64,000 nt of DNA from a virus, in the IMG/VR virus record IMGVR_UViG_3300010401_000004, positions 6,831 through 70,830 of that record, one strand, 5' to 3'. The translations under genes and the position numbers were made by a program. Each line of letters opens with the position of its first letter. Positions within the stretch are counted from its first letter, which is position 1. This document shows, in pieces, positions 29,415 through 36,130 of the stretch. The notes under the pieces were generated by a model, which saw nothing but the letters and a program-made list of their open reading frames with translations, searched no databases and was not told the DNA's origin.

Positions 29415-30321
29415 TATGAAAGCAAGGCCGCAATACACCATTTGGCTTAACGGCCCCGCTGGCAGTGGTAAAACCCGCGCCGCTTTGGGTTTCCCGAAAG
29501 TCATGGCCGTGACATTCGATCCAACCGGATTAGATATCATTCATGAACCCGAGAATGCGACACTGCGGGAAAATCTCATCTGGCATTGCCCTCTCAATGG
29601 CATTCCACTTTCAACTGTATTTAAGGTCACAGAGCAACCAGAAGAGGAAAGTCTTTATGGTGCATTAGCTCTAGCTCGCAAATTGGCAAGCGAAGGCAAA
29701 ATTGAGACAGTTTTAATTGACGGCTTCACTTATCTTGCAAGTCTCAAGTGGGATCACATTTGCCAAGACGAGCAAATCGAGACACGCAAAGGCAGGTTAG
29801 ATACGCAGAAAATGTATGGCCGTCTCAGTGTCTATTTGAATCAGTTTGCACTAAGCAACTTGCTCCCGCTGGCAACGCGCAACGGGCTTAACGTAATCGT
29901 CACTTGCCATGTGCAACGGGAAAGTAAGTCTACGGTTGAGGGTGTAAGCAATCCCAATGATCCTGACTACGAGCGCACCAAACGGCAAATCAATCTTGAG
30001 TCTGATCTAAATCCACAAGTGATAGGTGGTTTCAGGCAGACCGTAGAAGGGTTGCCGTCCGCTCTGATTTACCTCGATCACAAGGTAGAGACAGACACCG
30101 AGGGCAAAGAAACGCTTAACTATTATGCTTATTGTCGCAAGACTTTTGTTAAGTCACTTGACTCACAAGTGAACAGCAAGAATCGCTACGGGTTGCCGAC
30201 AATTCTGAAACTGACCAACGCAAATTTCTACAAAACGCTACTGAGTAAACTACCTGCAAACGGTAGCCAACCGCAACGGGCTGAGGCCCAACCAACCGCT
30301 AAAGGAGAAAAAGGAAAATGA
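29401..30321 (+). CDS. AAA_24/Sak4-like recombination ATPase
   Basis: GPAGSGKT, VLIDGFT, VTCH; sits between exonuclease and SSB-like gene. Confidence 0.8.
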   Translation: MPLVDMKARPQYTIWLNGPAGSGKTRAALGFPKVMAVTFDPTGLDIIHEPENATLRENLIWHCPLNGIPLSTVFKVTEQPEEESLYGALALARKLASEGKIETVLIDGFTYLASLKWDHICQDEQIETRKGRLDTQKMYGRLSVYLNQFALSNLLPLATRNGLNVIVTCHVQRESKSTVEGVSNPNDPDYERTKRQINLESDLNPQVIGGFRQTVEGLPSALIYLDHKVETDTEGKETLNYYAYCRKTFVKSLDSQVNSKNRYGLPTILKLTNANFYKTLLSKLPANGSQPQRAEAQPTAKGEKGK

Positions 30322-30956
30322 GTTACGCTGAAAACGAAGTTGCAGAAGAAGTGACAGACGACGCCCCGGCATGGGTGAAAGAAGGAACCGAATCGGACGA
30401 TCTGGCCATTGCCGGAGAGGACGTGTCTCAGGCTGAGGCGATGTCCAACGAGGACTATATCGAACCGGCCAAAGGCGTGACCTTTGAAATTACAAAGGCA
30501 TTGATAGACACGTTCACGCCTCGCGATAAGGACACGTGGATGAAGCGGTCGCTAAAATTGTATGTGGCCGTAGACAAGAGCGGCGTGGACGGTAAGGGCC
30601 GATACGCTCGCAAGGTTTTCTTCCCTCGCATTTTAGTCCAAGTCAATCGTGATGATTACGATTTCACAAAAGACTGGTACAAACCGAAATCAGGCGGCGC
30701 GTGGGGCGAATATAACGAACTCCTGACGGCACTCGGCTTTCCCAACAATCCAGCCCCGACCAACGATGCGGCCTTTCGCAAGAGCCTTATCGGTCGCAAG
30801 TTCGTCGCCGACATCAGCAAGGACAAGCGACAGGCTTACGATGCCGACAAGGGCAAGTACGTGAAAATTGACGGCGAATACGAAAACCATCTGCGCAACC
30901 TGAAACCCGTGAAGCTGGCAGCCGCACCGGAAGCCACTGAGGCAGCCGTAGCATAG
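30318..30956 (+). CDS. SSB-like (DUF669-type) protein
   Basis: Acidic N-terminus, GRYARKVF..LTALGF..LIGRK; follows Sak4-like gene. Confidence 0.6.
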   Translation: MSYAENEVAEEVTDDAPAWVKEGTESDDLAIAGEDVSQAEAMSNEDYIEPAKGVTFEITKALIDTFTPRDKDTWMKRSLKLYVAVDKSGVDGKGRYARKVFFPRILVQVNRDDYDFTKDWYKPKSGGAWGEYNELLTALGFPNNPAPTNDAAFRKSLIGRKFVADISKDKRQAYDADKGKYVKIDGEYENHLRNLKPVKLAAAPEATEAAVA

Positions 30957-30969
30957 GCGGAAAGGGGCG

Positions 30970-31389
30970 ATGGTGGGGTCAAATTCCGTTTCCTTTACCC
31001 TGCCATCGCTTCCCGGCTCTTTGAACGTACTCTATGAACTCAACCGGCCTGACAGTGGACTACCGCGCAAACGGCTCAAGGCTGAGTGGGCGCTGTGGAT
31101 TAGTAACATGATGCCCTATGTTCCAGCCTTTCGGGTTCAGGAGAATTCAATCTTGCGGATAGACCGCTGCTATTACTTGCCGTGGTTTTATCGTAATGGT
31201 CACTGGCGCAAAGTGGACGTGGTAAATATGGACGCCTTGTTGTTCAACTTAATCAGCCGCAAAATCGGGATAGACGATCTCTACGTGAAGCAGGGCTTTA
31301 TGGATTCCAGGGACTCTAATAAGAATAAGGTAATTGTAACCCTGACAGAGATCATGGAATCCGAGTGGCAGCTAGTCCATCAGGACTGA
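30970..31389 (+). CDS. RusA-like Holliday junction resolvase
   Basis: LPGSLN..RKVDVVN..IGIDD.YV; one catalytic Asp looks substituted. Confidence 0.65.
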   Translation: MVGSNSVSFTLPSLPGSLNVLYELNRPDSGLPRKRLKAEWALWISNMMPYVPAFRVQENSILRIDRCYYLPWFYRNGHWRKVDVVNMDALLFNLISRKIGIDDLYVKQGFMDSRDSNKNKVIVTLTEIMESEWQLVHQD

Positions 31390-31399
31390 GAGGGGTGGG

Positions 31400-31906
31400 G
31401 TGATGAGAATTGGATACTCAGAGGACGAGGACTATCCGGGCCAGTTTGAGCTTTGGCAGGCGAACTGTCGGCGCTCACTTCACGGGCGAGCGGGGCAAGA
31501 AGCATTGCGCCGACTAGAAGTAGCGTTATTGGCGCTACCTGAGAAGCGGCTAATTGCCGACGCTCTCCAGAACGCTGAAGGTGAGGTCTGCGCGTTGGGC
31601 GCAATGGCATTGCACGAGGGAGTGGCGATGCCACGGGACGAATTCGCCGATGGTGAAGTCTACGGGACTGAGGACATGGAAGAGTTTGGCGAGAACGAGT
31701 TGGGCATTCCGCGCTTGGTCGCATGGAAGATCGTCGAACTGAATGACGAGCAGTTGGGCGGCATGACTCTTATTACTAACGAAGGCCCATACCGTTGGCC
31801 GTCCGAGAAGCCGAAAGGCTGGATTCCCATCACGCCGGAAAGTCGATACGAACAGGTCTTAGCGTGGGTGCGCAGGCATCTTGACCAAAACAGGACAGTA
31901 ACTTAG
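31400..31906 (+). CDS. Hypothetical protein
   Basis: 168-aa ORF with RBS. Confidence 0.65.
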   Translation: MMRIGYSEDEDYPGQFELWQANCRRSLHGRAGQEALRRLEVALLALPEKRLIADALQNAEGEVCALGAMALHEGVAMPRDEFADGEVYGTEDMEEFGENELGIPRLVAWKIVELNDEQLGGMTLITNEGPYRWPSEKPKGWIPITPESRYEQVLAWVRRHLDQNRTVT

Positions 31907-31999
31907 TTTCACGACACTTACGGGGGCCAGTTGTCGTGGAAGATGGCGGGCGGATCGGATTACGGTTTCACCTCCCGTAGCAGGCTCGCTCGCCAGAGA
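31907..31999 (+). ncRNA. Two-hairpin kissing/pseudoknot RNA motif (copy 1)
   Basis: Stems 31907-16/31932-41 and 31944-52/31987-95; loop TACGGGGG (31919-26) complementary to CTCCCGTA (31972-79). Confidence 0.55.
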
Positions 32000-32020
32000 T
32001 TGGTTCTTTGAAGTTTAAGT

Positions 32021-32430
32021 TTCACCCTTCGGGGTGAATCAAGTGAGGATTTATCGGACGCGAATCTTCGGATTCAGTTCGCCTGTTTCGGGCGTCGGCT
32101 TGATCGGCGTATAGCCAGCAGGAACTATCCTCCGGTGTCGCAGACCTACGGGCAATATGCTGGCGCGAAAGCGTGACTGCGGGCCAACCGATTGAGGCGT
32201 AAGAGATCGGCGTTGCCGGAAATAACGTGACTCCGGTGCTAACGGTAGCGCGGCGTATTAGGGCAGTGACCTATCAACGGTTGCTGTGCGAAAGCGACAA
32301 GCGGGCTGTGCGAAAGCCCTGCATGTAGAAACCATGCGCGGGTGAGCGGTGAAACCCCGTCTCAGGAAACCGCGTCTCTGCTCTGCGAATAGGCTTGACT
32401 TTTTGGCCGTGGGAGAGAAACGGCCACTTT
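32021..32430 (+). ncRNA. Large (~400 nt) structured non-coding RNA, family unknown
   Basis: No plus-strand ORF in the track; two cUUCGg hairpins, three GCGAAAGC, many nested stems. Confidence 0.7.
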
Positions 32431-32447
32431 GAAGGGAGTGTCTAGAA

Positions 32448-32684
32448 ATGAGTTGCGGAACAAAACTTGACGGACGTTACGGCAGCTACGAGGAACGGGA
32501 AGAAATCGTGCGGACGCTTGAAAATGACGGCGAACATTATCTCGCAGACCACGTTCGGCGCGGTGATTGTCTTGGGGTAATGGATTTGCACCGAGCGGAA
32601 GATATTCTTGATCGTCACGGGAAGTCTCGATACTTCGATTATCAAGAAGAGCGGTGTCGATGCCCTGACGAGGATGACTATTAG
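32448..32684 (+). CDS. Hypothetical protein
   Basis: AAGGGAG RBS. Confidence 0.6.
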   Translation: MSCGTKLDGRYGSYEEREEIVRTLENDGEHYLADHVRRGDCLGVMDLHRAEDILDRHGKSRYFDYQEERCRCPDEDDY

Positions 32685-32738
32685 TTCTGGCCGATGAACG
32701 TCGTGAGGCGTGGAATTCAGTTTCAGGGGAGTAGTAGT

Positions 32739-32777
32739 GATGGCAAAGTGCCCCGTAGCAGGTTCGCTTGCCAGAGA
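32739..32777 (+). ncRNA. Partial copy 2 of the 31907 motif
   Basis: 24/26 identity between 31974-31999 and 32752-32777, with compensatory stem changes. Confidence 0.55.
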
Positions 32778-32791
32778 AATTTAGGTTGAAA

Positions 32792-33064
32792 ATGAAGCCA
32801 GACTTTTCCAAAGATGAGGCACTTGTGGCGAGCGCGATTTTAGAGGCTCGGCATATTCAGGAATTTATCTGGAGCGATCAATCACTGTCCCGCAAGTCAT
32901 TTGACCCTGAGTCTTGGCGGATTGTATTTCAAAAACGGGTGGATGCCATCGCGGCAGTCAATCTCGCTTCGCCAAGCGCGAAGGTGGAGTTAAGGAAGCG
33001 GCTCTTACAGCAAGCCGCGCTTTCCATTAAAGCTCTGGTAGTGATTCTGAGGGAGGATATTTGA
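32792..33064 (+). CDS. Hypothetical protein
   Basis: ORF between the two 29-nt repeats. Confidence 0.6.
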   Translation: MKPDFSKDEALVASAILEARHIQEFIWSDQSLSRKSFDPESWRIVFQKRVDAIAAVNLASPSAKVELRKRLLQQAALSIKALVVILREDI

Positions 33065-33071
33065 AAGTTCT

Positions 33072-33151
33072 GGCCGATGAACGTCGTGAGGCGTTGTGGG
33101 GTGTAAGTCAAACAGCGTCCCGCTACTCGTTAAAGAGACATCGGCCTACCA
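33072..33151 (+). ncRNA. tRNA-like cloverleaf RNA ending in ACCA
   Basis: GGCCGATG/CATCGGCC closing stem, three arms, 3' TACCA; lacks canonical D and T consensus. Confidence 0.55.
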
Positions 33152-33168
33152 AGATATATGAAATTCAG

Positions 33169-33305
33169 AACGGAAGGCCGAGCATGAAAAAATGCCCTGC
33201 TCCGCTTCGGCGGCGAAAACTCGGGACGTGCTTAGCGGGCAACTGCGGCAGGCGGCAGATCTTCCGTTTAATTTTGCGGGACGGTCAGCATCCGTAAGGA
33301 CTGAC
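33169..33305 (+). ncRNA. Multibranch structured element plus pseudoknot/hairpin
   Basis: AACGGAAG/CTTCCGTT enclosing cUUCGg and GCAA hairpins; TTGCGGG/TCCGTAA with GTCAG/CTGAC. Confidence 0.5.
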
Positions 33306-33319
33306 AAGGCGAAACAAAA

Positions 33320-34572
33320 ATGACGGCACTTGTCGTAACTCTTCAGCTAATCAATTCGGGCAGCGGTGAGAACCCTCGCGCCACGATCTCAGTTGAGTAC
33401 GGAACTTTTGATCTCGAATCGGATCGCGGCTGGATCGAGAGGACGCTAAAGTGCTGGGCCGATCAGCTTGCGGTCGATCTCAACATGCGAAACCGCGCAC
33501 GGTTGCCAGTTCAGTTTGAAGAAAAGGAACTCTAAAGGAAAGCGGCATGGCAATAGCAATCTTAAAAGATCAACGCGAGCGCGCAAAGGCTGAGGGTAAG
33601 TTTCTGTTTCAGGTGTCTCTTGATGCTCGTTACGTCCCTCAAGAATTGAAAGAGAAATTCAAGGGCAAGGTTTTTATGGGTAAATGGGAAATGACTGGCC
33701 CAATGTCCGCAGAGGACGCGGTGAAGGTGTGGCGATTGTTTCAGAAGTTAACTGCACACAAGAAGATTTAGCGCCACGCGGGTCGCGCATTCAATACTCA
33801 AGGGAGAGCGATGGCAAGTCTTTTTGAAGAGTGGAAATCGTATCGCCAGCGGGTTATTCCGCCGACCGCGCCAGATGTTCAGGTTGTAGAAAGCAAGCGA
33901 GCGTTCTACGGCGGCGCATTCTGCTTGTTCAATTTAATGACGCGAACGGTATCAGTAGGCGATGAAGTAAGCGGCGCTGATATGGAATTCATGGAAAGCA
34001 TTGACCGCGAGTTCAAGGAGTTCTATCTGCGAATGGAGGAAGGCAAAGAATGAGCGACGTTAATTGTCAAGCAGTTGAAAGACCGTGGGGCCGGAAAGAG
34101 CGACTGGCGTTCTGGTTGTTTCCGAAAGATTACAAGGCATTGCCGCAAGCACCGTTCACACACAAGGACGTGCTTACCACTCGGATCATTTGCCACTTTG
34201 GAATTATCGACAGGCTGAGGATTCTAGTCTCAGGACGCACGTTTGTCGAGGCGCGAACGGTCTGTGAAAACGAAGTCGGAGATTGTAAGACGGCAAGCAC
34301 GGTATTCGTTCTCTCGCCGTGGGATAAGGACAGCTATCATGGCTGAATCAGACTTGGGCATGGTAATCGCATCGAACAATCTTGACGCCGATAGGCGGGT
34401 AGCGAGGCGGAACGAACGCATGGACGAAATTTGGGAACAGCACAATTCCAAAGTCAACACAATCATCGGCAAGTTAACGATGGCTCGCGGCATTCCTATC
34501 GTAAAAGAGGCGCACCAAGACTTGATTGATTTTGCGATTTGGTTTGACGAACAAATGGACGGAGCGGAATAG
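33320..34572 (+). CDS. Five small hypothetical genes (33320-33535, 33547-33771, 33811-34053, 34050-34346, 34339-34572)
   Basis: Co-oriented ORFs, mostly with RBS. Confidence 0.6.
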
Positions 34573-34601
34573 TTATCGAATCTAACCTCTCCCTTGAGCC
34601 A

Positions 34602-34612
34602 GTTCTTTAACA
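34602..34612 (+). promoter_or_regulatory. boxA antitermination element
   Basis: GTTCTTTAACA matches the GYTCTTTAANA consensus; immediately upstream of the RNA cluster. Confidence 0.6.
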
Positions 34613-34616
34613 AGTT

Positions 34617-34690
34617 TGCGCGGCAAGCGAACTCGCGGAACCTTAGCCGGGTTCTGAGTTGTCAACACCGTGGCTCGGGACTGCCGCGCA
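34617..34690 (+). ncRNA. Three-way junction RNA with kissing loops
   Basis: TGCGCGGCA/TGCCGCGCA stem; loops TAGCC and TGGCT are complementary. Confidence 0.55.
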
Positions 34691-34696
34691 TCTAAT

Positions 34697-34859
34697 CTCG
34701 TTCTGTTGGGGAGTGGCGGCGTGGACGGTGACACAGCCTAACTCCAAATCCTGTGAGGCTCTTGGGTAACAGGTAGGGCCAACTTAGAAGAAAAGAGCAC
34801 CCAATGAGAGTAACCCTGAGAGCGCGGTTCGATTCCGGCCCGCTTCCCGACAGAACGGG
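34697..34859 (+). ncRNA. Enlarged tRNA-like RNA
   Basis: 20-bp terminal helix, GG-containing D-like arm, CTCCAAA loop, ~60-nt extra arm, GGTTCGATTCC T arm; no encoded CCA. Confidence 0.6.
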
Positions 34860-34883
34860 GTGATATTTGAAAGGAGAATACCG

Positions 34884-35006
34884 ATGATTGAATACCATTG
34901 TGAAGATTGTGACTTTGAAACTGACGACGCGGCAGCGGCAGAGAGCCATACCCGCCTAACTGATCACTCAGTAGAAGATGTTGAGGTTCCCGAGCCTACA
35001 GATTGA
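34884..35006 (+). CDS. 40-aa C2H2-like zinc-finger protein (below ORF-track cutoff)
   Basis: AAGGAG RBS; MIEYHCEDCDFETDDAAAAESHTRLTDHSVEDVEVPEPTD. Confidence 0.65.
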   Translation: MIEYHCEDCDFETDDAAAAESHTRLTDHSVEDVEVPEPTD

Positions 35007-35019
35007 TATTTGAAAATAT

Positions 35020-35129
35020 GCCGCCAGTGGAGCAGATAGACATGCTGTTTGAAGTTTAACCTTCGAGCAGATAAGTTGGAACGCTCGTGAAATCCTGATC
35101 CCGCTGATTCAATTCAGCAAGCGGCTCCA
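35020..35129 (+). ncRNA. tRNA-Leu(UAA)-like non-canonical RNA with CCA end
   Basis: GCCGC/GCGGC-T-CCA; Leu-type GTGG..TAGACA D region; 8-10 bp anticodon stem with TTTAAC loop; T arm GCTGA-TTCAAT-TCAGC. Confidence 0.55.
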
Positions 35130-35131
35130 GT

Positions 35132-35329
35132 TTCAAGGGCTGGAAATCCTAAGGAAGGAAAATCGGAGGAGAAGTGAGAGAAGTAGACAATCTGGCCCTT
35201 GAATTCAAATCGACTGTTGCGGGTTACAAGTTTCCCGCAGCGCAAGGGAGCGGTTGCGAAGGCTTCGCCGCCGGTCGGGCCGTTCCCTTTTAACCCTGTC
35301 CGGGGTACTTACGTCTCTGAGGCGGCGGC
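35132..35329 (+). ncRNA. Structured elements: 13-bp stem with purine/GGA-rich loop, then two stems with possible pseudoknot
   Basis: Pairings 35132-44/35191-203, 35215-23/35234-42, 35244-55/35278-89, 35267-73/35323-29. Confidence 0.5.
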
Positions 35330-35349
35330 TGGGAATTGAAGGTGATTAA

Positions 35350-36033
35350 ATGAATACGCCAAACTTAGAGCAAGCGATCAAGGCGGGTGATAGGGTTCGG
35401 GTTGAGTTTTGGCCGATGAAAGATGATCTGCTTGGCACCGTCCTTTACATCCCGACTCAACCCGGCGATTCATGGATCGTCTGCACGGAAGATCGATTGT
35501 TTTACATACAACACTTTGCCGCGATTTCAAAACTGGTGAAAAGATTTCCTGAGACGTTGTAAGGACGGAGAGCAATGGAAAGACTAACAAGTGATGTAAG
35601 CCATGAGTGGCACGTTGCGATAAACAAATTCAGCACTGAAAAAGTTGATACTTCTGACTGGCCGCACTTCATGTATGAGGCAAAATCCGTTGCTGACGAG
35701 GTTCCGCGTATGGCCTCAATGTTCAAGCAGGAGCGTGAAGGCAGACTAAGACAGTCGCATCAACAGTGTTCGCATTCCGCGCCCGAACCCGTAGCCGACA
35801 ATCATCTTTCTTGTGCGCTTGGTAAGCGTTGCTCAGAATGTCCATACTTGATAGCGCTCGATAACGCCAAGCTGTCACCCGAACAAATTGACGCCGCGAA
35901 AGCGTGGACATGCGCAACGCACATTCTGATGAACGGCGGTGATGCGGCAATGGAAGGCTATTTACTAACCGAAGATGACAAGATGTTCTGGCAGAAAACT
36001 TATCAGGGAATGGCAATGTCGGATTCGGGCTAA
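35350..36033 (+). CDS. Two hypothetical genes (35350-35562, 35575-36033)
   Basis: ORFs with RBS. Confidence 0.6.
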
Positions 36034-36045
36034 CTTTCGCCTTCA

Positions 36046-36110
36046 CCGGCGGAACCGAGAAGGGGTAAAGCTCTAGCCGAGCCGCGGCAGACGCTAACTT
36101 TATCTCTTCT
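36046..36110 (+). ncRNA. HDV-like ribozyme candidate
   Basis: Order P1-P2-P3-P1'-GG-CTAA-P2' with a 13-bp P2; P1 and L3 shorter than canonical. Confidence 0.35.
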
Positions 36111-36130
36111 TTTGGAACGAAAGGACAATA

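Larger units (their letters stand above)
32683..33094 (+). repeat. 29-nt exact direct repeat (32683-32711 and 33066-33094)
   Basis: AGTTCTGGCCGATGAACGTCGTGAGGCGT at both positions. Confidence 0.95.

Noticed and set aside
32021-32430. RNase P RNA, tmRNA or group I/II intron
   Set aside because: No GAGGAAAGUCC core, no tRNA-Ala-like ends, no domain V or P7 consensus recognised, and no interrupted gene.
32683-33094. CRISPR mini-array from the 29-nt repeat
   Set aside because: Only two copies, separated by 354 nt containing an ORF; the Cas4-like gene sits in a recombination module.
33073-33100. Hammerhead ribozyme (CCGATGA plus hairpin; also at 32691)
   Set aside because: Core is CCGAUGA rather than CUGANGA, no GAAA follows stem II, and the bases are better explained by the 8-bp closing stem.
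32362-35000. ORF-track entries 32362-32811(-), 33061-33297(+), 34692-34949(-)
   Set aside because: No convincing RBS or protein motifs; they overlap structured RNAs or better-supported ORFs.
35020-35129. Ochre suppressor tRNA / genetic-code reassignment
   Set aside because: The loop is 6 nt and non-canonical, and long genes terminate normally at TAA, TAG and TGA.
35219-35300. Twister ribozyme (GGTTACAAG loop)
   Set aside because: Resembles the twister L4 loop, but I could not place the GAGU, T1/T2 and P1/P2 elements.
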